64,000 bases of DNA from the NCBI GenBank assembly GCA_964016885.1, contig OZ024741.1, forward strand, positions 164,052,001 to 164,116,000, given 5' to 3'. The DNA is from Eledone cirrhosa. Taxonomy: Eukaryota. Both the position numbers and the translations under genes were made by a program. Below the pieces are notes generated by a model. The model ran no database searches. It worked only from the letters and a program-made list of their open reading frames with translations, and was not told where the DNA came from. Shown in pieces: positions 27,935-41,054 of the stretch (positions within the stretch are counted from its first letter, which is position 1; each line of letters begins with the position of its first letter).

Positions 27935-28850
27935 TTGAAACGCTTAATATTTTGTTATATGTTTCAGCTGTCACATTGCTATCATGTAACACACATCTAA
28001 AACCACGCAATCAAGATACAAACAGAAAGCCTGAACCAGCGTGTATGCGAAATTTAAAAACCAAAATTTTGTCCCTGAGACGAAGTATCTCACACATCGC
28101 AGTCGTTATGAAATGCAACATAGAGAGAAACTTCACACGACACCAGGAAGACCTAAAGAAATGTTAGAGAGACGATTTGGAGATACAAAATTTAAAACTT
28201 TGAACTCCAAATTACACCAGTTGAAACAACAACTCACAGCTACAACCAGAAAGACTAAAATATAAGTCAACAGCACATAAACGACAAGTGCTAAATAGAT
28301 TGTTTGCCAGAGATCCTAAATCAGTTTATCGCAGCTTAGGTGGCAAAAGCTCAATCCCTGTAAACGACACCCCTTCAAAAGAACAGGTTGAGAGCTACTG
28401 GAGATCTGTATGGGAAACGGATGACGGATTCAACAGAAAACTAATTGGCTAAAAGAACTGGAACAGGACTACTGCCAACATGTCCAGACAAAACAATATG
28501 ACATAGATGGGTCAATACTGGAAACAGCTCTACAGAAAATGTCGAATAGGAAATCGCCAGGCCCAGACCTCATTACAGGATACTGGTTGAAGAATTTCAC
28601 TTTCTATCGACAAGATCTCATACGGCTGTTTACAGAAACCATTAAAGGCACACAAGAACTGCCCAGATGGTTATCAACTGCCACTACTCTCCTCATTCGC
28701 CAAAATAGCCAAACCACCCTTGCTAAAAATTACCGCCCAATAGCCTGCCAAAACATCATGTATAAATAATATACTGGGTGCCTTAACCTGTTCTTACAGG
28801 ACCACTGTGCTACCAACAACATCATAACACCTGAGTAAGCTGGTGGATAG
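27935..28850 (+). pseudogene. R4/Dong-like LINE fragment (region upstream of RT and start of RT)
   Basis: KSPGPDLITGYWLK...TTLLI...KNYRPIACQNIMYK, homologous to 38600-38830. Confidence 0.75.
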
Positions 28851-29091
28851 ATCTAAACCATATGAATGAAATTGGTTAGACAGAAAATGTTTGGAAGCTC
28901 ATCGGATTGACTGTATCTAAATTTCAAAAAGCTTACTTTTACGTAAAGCGTTCACATGTCTGGGGAATGCTGAGTCAATTATATGTGAATTTCAAGAGCA
29001 GTTTGATCCGTTGATCAAATAACTTGAACTCTAATTTTAGGTTAGGTCTGTTATTAATCCAGCTATCAAAGCTTAAAAACAAATCATCATT

Positions 29092-29119
<28 letters not shown>

Positions 29120-29124
<5 letters not shown>

Positions 29125-30060
29125 TTCTTCTTCTTCTTCTTCTTCTTCTTCTTCTTCTTCTTCTTCTTCTTCTCGTTTTTTTTTTCTTCGCCCACTTATT
29201 CCTGTGAGGGTCGTGGGGGTAAAATCCTCAAAGACTCTTTCCAGTGGGTCCTGTCAGAAGCAACCGTCTCCAATTGGTTCGGTTGGATTCCCAAACGAGA
29301 CCAACCGATTAGTTTTTCCCGCGTAATCTGTCTACCGCTTCTTTCCCGAGACATTCTAACCACATGTCCGAAATATCAGAGCTGTGATCTCTCAATTCGA
29401 AGAAGAAGTGGCTCTACCTGGAGAGACTCTCTGATCTCCGAGGTACGCAGGCTACTGTGTAACGTTACTCTAAAAACCCTTCAGAAGAACCTCCATTGGC
29501 GGCCGCTTGTATTCGCAATCGTATTCTCTCGGTCATTATTCAAGTGGATTGGCAGTATCGGTGGAGGGTCGGACGCCATGCTTTGCAGCACACTTACGTC
29601 CCTTTACGGACTGAGTTCAAATCCCGCCGAGGTTAACTTTGCCTTTCATCCTTACGAGGTCGATAAAATAAAGTACCAGTAATACACTGGGATAATTGCT
29701 GGCCTTGTGCCAAAAGTAGAAACAATTATTCAAGATTCATGACTATAGGATAGGGTTGGCACGAATACCGAATTGAAGGTAGTGAGTTTGGTTTTTACAG
29801 CTAAGACCTTTCTTCTGATTACCGAATGCTGAAGCTGGTGTATTACTGCACCATCGCTTGCACTTAATTCAGGCTCCTGCCTGCCCTCACTCGTGAACAC
29901 AGCGCCGATATATTTGAACTTCTCCACCTTCTTCGGTGGAACTCCATTCACATGTAGTGAGCGCAGCGCAGGAGGCTTCCTTGGGGGAAAGCGTATCTCA
30001 TTTTTCGTAGCAAGGATTTTCATTTCTGCCGTGCAGCACTCGGCAACAAAACTATCAAAT
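29120..30060 (-). pseudogene. RTE-clade LINE RT C-terminus and 3' end with (GAA)n tail, interrupted by a SINE
   Basis: VEKFKYIGAVFT...FNSVFVPTLSYSHES, continuing after the SINE as ...EPLLLRIERSQL..FGHVVRM. Confidence 0.85.
29543..29730 (+). mobile_element. Meta-like SINE with TSD attattcaag
   Basis: Full-length copy splitting the RTE reading frame. Confidence 0.9.
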
Positions 30061-30421
30061 GCATAGTATCGTTTATCCTATTAGTTAAATTAACGTTGAT
30101 ATGCATGTATATCTTAATGGCTGTCAACTATTTCCCATACTTATATTGAGACCTCATAAACATTTTTGCAAATGTTGATCGTTTCTTTTGTTACATAGTT
30201 TTCCTTTATGTACTATGAAACTACTCGTCTTTTCGGGGGATAAAATTTCAGCTGCGTTTTTGTTTCGAGCTGTTACGTATATAATTTATTGCAACGTTAA
30301 TCATAACTGATAAAATATATGTATATATTTCAAGGAATTGAATTGCTATTTCATCATTGAAGATTGAGATATAACTTAACATGTAGATTAACTATATTCC
30401 CTTACATTATATAAGAATGCG

Positions 30422-30602
30422 GTGGATTGGCAGTATCGGTAGAGGGTCGGACGCCATGTCTTCTAACATAGTTACGTCCCTTTACAGTCTGAGTTCAAAT
30501 CCCGCCGAGGTTAACTTTGCCTTTCATCCTTACGGGGTCGATAAAATAAAGTACCAGTAATACACTGGGTAATTTGCTGGCCTTGTGCCTAACGTAGAAA
30601 CA
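30422..30602 (+). mobile_element. Meta-like SINE with 16-bp TSD attatataagaatgcg
   Basis: TSD at 30406-30421 and 30603-30618. Confidence 0.9.
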
Positions 30603-31647
30603 ATTATATAAGAATGCGTGCAATCGGTTCAAAAATAGAGGTAATAAATATCAGCATATGCAGCAGTTAAGTAATAAATTCTAATTTAGATACAATGCCA
30701 GTAATTTATATCGAACCTAGTATTTAACTGCTAATGTATTATATCAACCCCGGGAGGAGGAAAGGCAACGTTTTCCTGGATCAGATTTGAATACTGAAGA
30801 TAAAGAGACGTAACTCAATACCGCAAAGCTCTCTCATGCTCTAACGACTCTGCCAATCCGGAACCGGTTAGAATCGAGAGTGAATGATATTGTGAAATTG
30901 GCAGCTCGAGATATTAAGAGTAGAATTCAAAGTTTTAGAAGCAGGCTAGGCTATAGAACGTATATTTGTAGTGAAAACGGGTAACTGGGACAGATTAGAC
31001 AGTAACAATATTACAATTGGCAAGCAGAACGAAAGAGAATGGAATAGAATCGACCTTCGTTGGTTTTAACAATGATTGTACCAGATGTTCGATCAATGAG
31101 ATAACATACTTGTGAGGTTAACGTAAACGTGGCTGGGAATTTCACAGACACGTGAAAGCATAACTCTGAGAGATGCAACGTGACAAAGTGTAGAACCATG
31201 CTAGCTCTTTGAATTACTGATACAGTCCATCCGACGGGCTTCCAAAGAGTTTCCCTCTACTTATACTTACTCTGAAAGCTTGGGTCAGACCGCAGCTATA
31301 AAAGAATGCAAATGACAGAGAGATACCGCAAAATAATACAACTGAGGTTCTAAGAATACTATATGTATATGAGTGTGTGTGAAATATTTCACAATGCACT
31401 TCAAAAAAGTATCCTTAATCGTACTTCAGCCATCAAACCTCGCATTCATCCCTTCACCCCAACCACTACCACTTGACCTTCCTCTTCAGCTTACCTCTTC
31501 AACGATCCATTCTACGAAAATATTTGGTTTGCTCCATTCGGTCTAAACCTGAATACAAATATAGTTAAATATATCTCTAACTTATTAAATAATAGGAATA
31601 AAATTAAATTGTATAATATTATATATATATACATATATATATATATA

Positions 31648-31690
<43 letters not shown>

Positions 31691-31848
31691 ATACTTTGGG
31701 AGGGTCATGTTGCCAATAAGAAACACACGCACCAGTTGCTTTCACTTCAATTTATTATATATTTATAAATTTATAAATTTACAAATCTACAAATCTATAA
31801 ATTTCTGGTTGGTTGGTTGGTTCCACAACCAGATAGTTGTTTATATAT

Positions 31849-31893
31849 AGTCATAGTCCTTTCGTCACACACTCTGTGACCTCTTCAGTGACT
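31849..31893 (-). ncRNA. Minimal type I HHR in PLE family B 3' UTR
   Basis: AGTCA-CTGAAGA-GGTCAC(agagtgt)GTGAC-GAAA-GGAC-TA-TGACT. Confidence 0.8.
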
Positions 31894-32695
31894 GGGGATT
31901 CCTTTCTTTGTTTCTGTGCCTTTCCTTTCTTCTGTCCTACGCCATTTTGTTTCTGTGTGTGTGGTGTGTGCTCAGTTTGCGCATGCGCCACATCCGGGTA
32001 TCTGTGTGTGTTTGTGTTCATTTATCTATTTGTTTATTTATTTACATGTTGTTGGTTGGTTGTTTGTTCTATGTGTGTGTGTGTTTTCATTTTGTCCTTA
32101 ATTGTAAGTTGTGATGTTGCTGTTCCACTCATATTTTCTATTTAATTTTGGTTGTAATTCTTTTATGTTTACTGCCTCTGTAATTTGTCTAAACATTGCA
32201 TCTTTTCTGTGTGTAGATTCTATTTTTATTTCTATGTTCTCTAATTTACCCTTGTGTTCTATCTTAGCATGTTGGTAGAGTACAGATGATTCTTTATTAT
32301 CTTGAAGGTCTCGCCAGTGTTCATTTATCCGTTCCCCTATACTACAAGCTGTCTCACCTATGTACACTATATTTGTGTTTCTACATTGTCCTTCAGTACA
32401 TCTTATGCTATACACTACATTTCTAGTTTTACAGTTAATATGGGGGCTTATTTTACAGGTTATACATTTCTTATCTATACATGAGGGTCTTTGGAACGGG
32501 TATGTCTTGCTAATAAGTGTTTTTACGGAGGTACCTGGTCTTTCTACTATCTTAATATTGAGTTTATGTTTATTTAGGGCCCTTCTAAATTTGTAGGCTA
32601 GTTCGCCTCTAGGGGTGAACTAGCCTACAAATTTAGAAACAAAATGGCGTAGGACAGAAGAAAGGAAAGGCACAGAAACAAAGAAAGGAATCCCC

Positions 32696-32740
32696 AGTCA
32701 CTGAAGAGGTCACAGAGTGTGTGACGAAAGGACTATGACT
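32696..32740 (+). ncRNA. Minimal type I HHR (inverted copy)
   Basis: Identical fold to 31849-31893 on the opposite strand. Confidence 0.8.
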
Positions 32741-33599
32741 ATATATAAACAACTATCTGGTTGTGGAACCAACCAACCAACCAGAAATTTATAGATTTGT
32801 AGATTTGTAAATTTATAAATTTATAAATATATAATAAATTGAATTGAAAGCAACTGGTGCGTGTGTTTCTTATTGGCAACATGACCCTCCCAAAGTATAA
32901 CAATATCGGTTTCAACACACGATTTCAGATAAAGAATCTTGCTAAACAAATTCAGAAACGATATATATATATAAATCAAGTAAAATAACGGGGAGTAAAG
33001 AACTCGCGTAAAATCCTGTCATTTAATGAGCTCAAAGGAAAAAGTTTTCCTGGGCACTTCAAAATACAATATAGAGAGGAAAAACACAGGAGAGTGTGTT
33101 TTCATTTACAGGATTTAAAACCACCAGCATGAAGAGAATATAAGCTAAGGGAGGTATAGGAAATACATTATAATTAAAAGGCTAAATTAAAATTAAAAAC
33201 CAACCTCATAACTAAATCACACATGTACAGACTCACTGGGAGAGTTTCACCATGAAATTAGTGGGTTACAAATTCAGCCTTGTGGATCGTTAGTATGTGC
33301 TAAAGCCGATATTGTCCGCACTACTAAGGAGACCTAAAGTAACTGACCTGTAGTACGTGTGAACAGAAGAAGAATGCGTACGTGAGGCAGTGACTAATCA
33401 AGCCGCTAGAAATGGCAGCCTATAACCATTCAATTTATAGTGCTCAACAGCAGAAAACGCAATCCTGTAAATGATAACACACTCTCCTGTGTTTTTCCTC
33501 TCTCGCTATGGTGAACTAACTGTTGTGTAACCACTTCTCCTAACTCGTCCCATGGACTGAGTGCTCTACCACTACGGATATTACCTTCCAGTGTTCTAC

Positions 33600-33664
<65 letters not shown>

Positions 33665-33669
<5 letters not shown>

Positions 33670-34356
33670 GTTTGGAGTTGAAAGGCCAAGACAATGCAGG
33701 TATGGACATAGAATATAAATGCAAATGCAAAAGATATTGTTGACAATTAGTCTTTTACCTTAAATTTATTTAAATATCCTTAATTTTCGAGATAATATCT
33801 CTTCTTCGGAGGGAAGTAAAGGGGTTAATCCAGTGTTCTAATTAGCGTGCCAAGTCATGCTGACAGGAAATGGTATAGAGATTCCATTCTATCTCTAATG
33901 TCAGAGAGTGAAGGTTAGGTGGATAAAGAGTAGTCTCCCTTTAAAAGGGGTTTTGTACATGTATGTTTAAGTGTGTGGGAGAATACGTGAAGGCGTAAGT
34001 ATGTGTGTGTGAGTGTGAGAAGATATGTCTATACGTAAATGTGAGGGCTAGATGCTCTATCATGTTAAAACTGGTCTTTGTGTGTGTATCTGAATGGAAT
34101 CTCTATACCATTTCCTGTCAGCATGACTTGGCACGCTAATTAGAACACTGGATTAACCGCTTTACTTCCCTCCGAAGAAGAGATATTATCTCGAAAATTA
34201 AGGATATTTAAATAAATTTAAGGTAAAAGACTAATTGTCAGCAATATCTTTTGCATTTGCATTTATATTATATGTCCATACCTGCATTGTCTTGGCCTTA
34301 CAACTCCAAATGTTTATTCCTCATTACACAATGCTTCAAGTGAACTACAACTTCCT

Positions 34357-34360
<4 letters not shown>
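33665..34360. mobile_element. Non-coding fold-back element in (TA)n with two opposed HHR-like motifs (33777-33813 minus, 34168-34204 plus)
   Basis: 33670-33890 is the inverse of 34092-34312; motif CCT-CCGAAGA-AGAGAT(att)ATCTC-GAAA-ATTA-AGG (U4C variant, loopless AATT stem III). Confidence 0.7.
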
Positions 34361-34396
<36 letters not shown>

Positions 34397-34435
34397 TATA
34401 TTAATAAATGTAAACTATAATTATAAAACCATATT

Positions 34436-34501
34436 TATTTTATTATACATATTTCAAGGGCAACCAAGGCAAATTATGGTGCACTTTCATCAGATAAAAT
34501 A
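34436..34501 (-). ncRNA. Type I hammerhead ribozyme
   Basis: TATTTTAT-CTGATGA-AAGTGCACCA..TGGTTGCCCTT-GAAA-TATGTA-TA-ATAAAATA; same family as 62087-62149. Confidence 0.8.
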
Positions 34502-35119
34502 CAGATTTGTTTTATAAATAAATATTGACATACCCGGAAAAAAGACAACCTTAACGGTTGGCGCTTCCTGGATAGTGGAGATAATATTTTATTGAGGGTA
34601 ATACAAAGTTATGAGTGAGTATGCAAATGAGTGTCCGAAGGGTTGAAAAGATAACGATTTATTTAAATTAAACTGTTGGAAGAAGATGATATGTAAGGGA
34701 GAGAGAAAAAAAGAAAAAAAGAAAAAAGAAAGGAGAAAGATAGAAGAGGAAAGAAAGAACGATTATACATATTGATAGTGAAGATAGAGTAAATGAAGAA
34801 ATAAGTTTCAAAGGAGAAATATACACACGTAAGTATATCTAAGTGAAAGAAGAAATAAGATTAACGTGGAAGAAAAATATTTATAATGCAGGGTTCATTA
34901 CGTTTTGATTACAATACTTATAATGATAGGTTGAAAAATTAGATTAAAATTAAAAATTAGAAATCAAAATTAAAGATTAAAATTTGCCTTAATATTAAAG
35001 ATTTAATTTAATAATTTAATATTAATAATTATATTATATTAAGATGTATTAGTAATAATATATTGGTTCAAATGTTTATGTTAAGGATTATAAATTATTT
35101 AAATAAATAAATAGTATTT

Positions 35120-35162
<43 letters not shown>

Positions 35163-35479
35163 ATTTAATGTTTTATTTCTATTTTTCCCGTCCTTTCATG
35201 CTTTTCCTATCAACTCCCATCCTCATTCCCTCTCGGAGTTCCTCCCTAACTTCCTGATGAAGGACTTACTTCCGAGACGGCGTAAACTCCCCCACTCTCG
35301 CCAAGCGTGAAACTAATAACACTATGTACTATTGACTCCTGCGTTTGTCTGTTTATTTGTCCTTTTGAACTATATATATATATATATATAAGTGGGGGGG
35401 GTGTAAAAGGTAAACAGAAATAACAACACAATCGGTACAGTATATGGAAGGTATATATTAGGTTAACGCTGGAAGAGGG

Positions 35480-35515
35480 TCTTAACGTTTCGGACGCTAG
35501 TCCTTCATCAGAAGA
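35480..35515 (-). ncRNA. Minimal type I hammerhead ribozyme
   Basis: TCTT-CTGATGA-AGGAC(tagc)GTCC-GAAA-CG-TT-AAGA; stem III reduced to the palindrome ACGT. Confidence 0.8.
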
Positions 35516-35664
35516 AAGAATCAGAAATAAAATAGATTAAGGGGACGGGCGGGATGAAATTATCGACAGTCGATCGACTTTCGGCAACTCGGACTGAGGA
35601 AACAATGTTTCCGTTGGTCTTTCCAATTACTAATACTATCTATCGGTCGCAACTCCGGGTAGAA

Positions 35665-35779
35665 GGAGCAACATGAAATAAAGTGTCTTGCTCAAGGACA
35701 TAACGTATCGCACGATCCAGGAATCGAACTCACAACCTCACGATTGCGAATCCAATTCTCTTACCATACACCACGCGCC

Positions 35780-35780
<1 letters not shown>
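35665..35780 (-). mobile_element. tRNA-derived CORE-like SINE head
   Basis: Minus strand aggcgcgtggtgtatggt...gagttcgattcc...tgtccttgagcaagacactttatttcatg. Confidence 0.75.
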
Positions 35781-35873
<93 letters not shown>

Positions 35874-35887
35874 TGTATATATATATA

Positions 35888-35952
<65 letters not shown>

Positions 35953-36969
35953 TGGCTGCCAACTCGTTTTCGAGTACGGCCACTACTTTATATCCATGTA
36001 GGAGAACCCCTACCGATGCGCTGAATAAGTGTGACTTTTTAGTCCATCCAGCGACTTGAAAACTCTGGTACAAACACTACACTTGTGACAATTATTGACA
36101 CATAGTGCTGGGCCCATGGTACCATGTGACGACAAGTGCAGAGAGATCTCCAGATATAAAGCAATGCCTGTGCTGTGAAGCTTTTATAGTGAGCAAAGGC
36201 ACTGCACAAAGCCAGTCCCACTCTCTTAACCAAGATGATATTTACCAAAAAGAAGAACAAGTCAACATCATTGGAAACCATCAGGGTTGCAGGTGTTATA
36301 TCAGAGTTTTCCTTCTCCTAGAATTCTGCCTTGACAAAGGCTAAGGGGTCATCTCTCCTGGTGATTTTGGATGGCCATTGACTCTTAAGAGCTCCTTTGC
36401 CCTTTGACAGGTTTTGTTTTTAGTCCTGCAGGATGTCCAAAGTCACCCTCCTCACCGAGAAACCTTGGTGGGGTTGCCAGTTTAGTCGCCAACGACCCGA
36501 CCATGGGACAGGTTGTACTGGGATACATGTTACCAGTAGCACCAACTGGTGTGTGTATATATATATATATACACACACAATATATATACACACTATATAG
36601 AGAAACACACAGATACATGCGGACACATACATACACATGAATATATCCACATATATCCCTGAGTTAGTGGTACCAACATCAACCGATGTTGCTCTATGAA
36701 TAACTGGGACAAAACAATCCGAATGGATTAGACTGATTCAGTATCAGAGCTATATAATACATTATGAAGAGAGAAGAAACATTAGATATAATTAGTAATA
36801 AGATATATCATACCTAAACTGCTTCTATAGTCCCCGACTACGTCGTTTCGTGGCATATTATGCAAAAATACTACATCATAGAGATATAGAGCAGTTTAGG
36901 TATGATATATCTTATTACTAATTATATCTAATGTTTCTCCTCTCTTCATAATGTATTATATATATATCA

Positions 36970-37054
<85 letters not shown>

Positions 37055-37569
37055 GAGAGAGAAATGACTTCTGCAGGACTAGAACTGTTTCACTCGTATG
37101 AAATCATCAGGATAATATGATGATTTTATACGAACGAAACAGTTATAGTCCTGTAGAAGTCATTACTATATGATAAAGTTGCCTATACTCTACGCCTCTG
37201 TGCCATTCTTCTTTGTCTGCGTTGGACCTCAGTCCATATCATTCTCTTCTGTTTTACTATTTCTCGCTCTTCTATATTCTTTCTCCTTTGGCTAAACCCT
37301 CGCACACCGTTCTCTCCCTTGTTTTTCAGTTGCCCCACATAGGATACTTCTCTTCAATATTTGTGTAATTCGCCTAAAAGCAAAACTTGTCTCTACCCGT
37401 TTTGTTTTGGTCCAATGTGCATTAATGTGGAACGGTATCAACATTAATGTAGCGAAACCGTAGTGATTTCCAGAGGTTGACTAAGGAGATCGGACTGCCC
37501 ATCTTTCCGTTGTGTTTTCCATTCTCTTTGTCCTGTATGCTGCCTATTTTGAATATATATATATATATT

Positions 37570-38208
37570 CTAGGGCGGGTAAAATTCCCGAGATCCATGG
37601 ACGAGTTCTCTCCAGCGGTCTCTGTCCCTCATTATCGCTGCCATGTACTGCGTCTCCAACAGACCAGTGTCTGTCTTTAGGGCATCAACATACGTTAACC
37701 TTGGTCTTCCTCTTCCAGTGTGTCCATGTAGGGGCTCTCACAGGAGCACTGAGTGCAATGTCAACTCTGGATGTCGGTGAGCATGTCTAGCTAACCTCAG
37801 TCTCCTCTGTGTCACTTTTGAGCTGACTTTTGGGAGGCTCCCATACAGCTCTGAGTTTTTTATCCTCAGTGTATACTGATTAATGTTCAGAGCCATCCTC
37901 AGCATTCTCGTGTAGCACCCATCCACCATCTAAAACAAAATATCTGGTAGGGAATGTTGAGAAGCCAGAGGGGATCACTAATGTTGGCGGGAAGCCCCTA
38001 GAATTGGTTGAGGACTTCCTGCATTTAGGAGCAAAGATTGGGAATACGGAAGATGATGTCGTTGAGAGGAAGAGCAAAGCCTGGGCGGCGTGCCACAGCT
38101 TGAGATCGGTGTGGAAGTTGGACCTTCGTAAAGACCTGAAAATCCGCCTCTTCATTGCTGTAGTGTTGCTGTACGGGTCTGAGACTTGGACACTGACCAA
38201 GAAACTCA

Positions 38209-38210
<2 letters not shown>
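37570..38210 (-). pseudogene. RTE-clade LINE 3' fragment with a 5' inversion
   Basis: Plus strand 37931-38210 ends LLYGSETWTLTKKL; minus strand from 37929 continues MVDGCYTRMLR...RRLRLARH; (TA)n on both sides. Confidence 0.88.
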
Positions 38211-38295
<85 letters not shown>

Positions 38296-38441
38296 TATTT
38301 TCCGTAGTGTTGTAATATGAATATTACACACAGTAGATGGACAGCTCACGTAGAGTTTGCTCGACGGTTCCAGTTGTAGTTTCAAAAGTAATCCGGAGAA
38401 AATAGAAGGATTTAAATGGATACAGTTCAGTTAAAAGGAAT

Positions 38442-38562
38442 TTATTGACACGTGTTTCAATAACAGTTACATAACCTGAAAACAGCTGCTATCTACAAAG
38501 TATTAGTTATGCAGACATTCAATATTTCAATGTTATTATCAACTGTCATTTCATCAGAATAA
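38442..38562 (-). ncRNA. Type I hammerhead ribozyme with a long stem II insertion
   Basis: TTATT-CTGATGA-AATGACAGTT..(~70 nt)..AACTGTTATT-GAAA-CACGTG-TC-AATAA; GUC site. Confidence 0.82.
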
Positions 38563-38567
38563 TTTTA

Positions 38568-41010
38568 TTGAGAACCTGTTTGGCTCTAAGAAAAACCAGC
38601 AAATGGAAATCCCCAGGAAAAGACAAAATACAAAACTTTTGGATAAATGCCTTCACAGTGTCTCATGAGCTGTTAGCCCAACTTTACAATGAAATAGTTA
38701 AGGAGCCAGAAAAGGTACCATCATGGCTAGTTAACGGCATTACATTCCTGCTTCCGAAGAATGATGAGACAAACAATCCCAAAAATTACAGACCGATAAC
38801 TTGCTTGACCACAATGTATAAAATTTTAACATCAGTCCTAACTGAATACACATATGACCACCTGATAACAAATGACCTATTTCCCATTGAGCAGAAAGGG
38901 TGTAAACGAGGCTCATATGGCTAAAAGGATCAGCTTCTGGTTAACAAACTGATACTGGAAGATTGTCATAATAGACACAAAAATCTATCGATTGCTTGGA
39001 TAGATTATAAAAAAGCATTCGATAGTTTGCCACACAGTTGGATTGAAAAATGTTTAGAGATTTTCAAAATATCCCCCGTTGTCAGGAGGTTTTTGTCATT
39101 CAGTATGAAGACATGGAAAACGACACTCCTTTTGAATAGTGAAACAAAATCACTGGAAGCTGGAGAAGTTAATATTAATTGTGGAATTTTTCAGGGTGAC
39201 TCTTTATCACCGCTTTTATTCTGCATCGCACTTATACCATTAAGTAAAATGCTCAATGAAACAAAACATGGATATAAAGTCTATGACAAAACCATTAATC
39301 ACTTGTTCTACATGGATGACCTGAAACTATTTGCAAAAAATGATGAACAATTGCAAGGGCTATTATCCACTGTGGAGCAGTTCAGTGATGACATTAAAAT
39401 GGAGTTTGGACTAGATAAATGCGCTAAAGCAACGTTCACCAGAGGAAAGCTGCTGAAGAGTTCAGACATTAATCTTGATCAAGAAAAAACTTACAAATAT
39501 CTAGGTGTTTGTGAAGGAGACGGAATCAAGCACTCGACAATGAGGGAAAGGATAAGGAAGGAATGTTACCGCAGAGTAAGAGAAATCTTAAGAACGGAAT
39601 TGAATGCAAGGAATAGGATCGATGCCATAAACACGCTTGCCATACCAGTAGTAACCTACAGTTACAATGTCATCAACTGGTCAAGCACAGAGATCCGTAG
39701 GCTCGATACAAAAATTCGAAAATTCTTAACCATGCACAGAATGCATCACCCTAAGGCAGATATAGATAGAATATATCTCCCTAGGAAAGAAGGAGGACGT
39801 GGGTTAATCCAGTTAGACATTGCGTTGAAAACTGCAACAATTGGATTATCTACATATCTAAGGGAATCACATGATTGGATGATCAAACTCGTTTTGAAAC
39901 ACGAAAGCATCAAAAGATCATATTCCATTACAAAAGATGCACAAAGATACAGTAATGGACTACAAATTTCAGAAGTCCCATTTACTGCTGAAATGGAAAA
40001 CACAGAAAAAGCAAAGCAGGTAAAAGTAACTGCAAAGAAAGAACTGCTACAGAAACTGGCAAAGAAATGGCAAGAAAAGCCTCTGTATGGAAAATACCCA
40101 GAGCGAGCTAACAATCCTGATGTTGACAAAACTTTAACCCATCAGTGGTTGGCATCCTCTGGACTGAAATCGGAGACTGAAGGACTGATTATATCAGCAC
40201 AAGATCAGTGTCTGCCAACAAAAAATTACCAAGCCAACATAATAAAAAATGGATGCAGCCCATTATGCCGTGTATGCAAAAAACAACCAGAGACCATTGA
40301 CCATATAATTTCAATGTGCAGTCCTATAGCTCCAACCGAATACCTAAACAGGCATGACAGAGCTGCACAATACATACATTGGATAATGTGTAAGCATTTT
40401 GACCTGCCCCATCAAAAGAATTGGTGGGAGCATCAACCACCTCCCATACTTGAAAAAGATCACATCTCAATCTTGTGGAACTTTAGCATCCAAACAGACC
40501 GAAAAATAGATGCAAATAGACCTGATATAATATTGAAGGACTTTAAAAAGAGGGTATGCCTGCTAATTGATATGTCTGTTCCAATAGACAAGAATGTATC
40601 TATAAAAACATTTGAAAAATTGAGCAAGTATAAGGACCTGGAGATAGAAATTGGAAAAATGTGGAAATTGAGAACTAAAACAATACCAGTGGTTGTAGGC
40701 GCTCTGGGAATGATACCTAAGGGGTCTAATGATTACTTATCGCAAATCCCAGGAAACCCGCGTATAGGAGAAATACAAAAGATAGTACTAATGGGAACTG
40801 CCCATATACTAAGGAAGATTCTGTCAATATAAGTACATCACAAGTCTAAACACTAAAGATGCATGTGTGAGTATGTATGTTGTGTGAGTATGTATGTTCT
40901 TTCTTGAACATGGCGGACCTTGTTGTCTCTTGAGGTCACTGGTTGTGACTTGGTGATAACTCGTATGACCATAAAGCAAGATAAATGCAACTATAATAAT
41001 AATAATAATA
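38568..41010 (+). mobile_element. R4/Dong-clade non-LTR retrotransposon, 5'-truncated (RT, CCHC finger, restriction-like endonuclease)
   Basis: NYRPITCL, QGDSLSP, YMDD, CRVC..ETIDHIISMC, RHD, RPDI..LID..EKLSKY; one in-frame TAA at 38922-38924 joins ORFs 38568-38924 and 39027-40832; (TAA)n tail at ~40993-41010. Confidence 0.93.
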
Positions 41011-41054
41011 AAATGTGGAGAGGAAGCACACGAGTTAGGATATATATATATATA

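Larger units (their letters stand above)
31683..32965 (-). mobile_element. PLE family B 5'-truncated copy with inverted 3' end, inserted in (TA)n
   Basis: GIY-YIG ORF 32098-32415; 32637-32905 is the inverse of 31683-31952. Confidence 0.92.

Noticed and set aside
33665-34315. TA-flanked inverted-repeat elements as Tc1/mariner MITEs
   Set aside because: Arms are asymmetric, contain HHR motifs and mirror the architecture of coding PLE copies; a retro origin fits better, though it is not proven
35249-35290. HHR-like motif CTGATGA-AGGA..TCC-GAGA-CGGCG-TA
   Set aside because: GAAA mutated and stem I poor; counted only as degenerate
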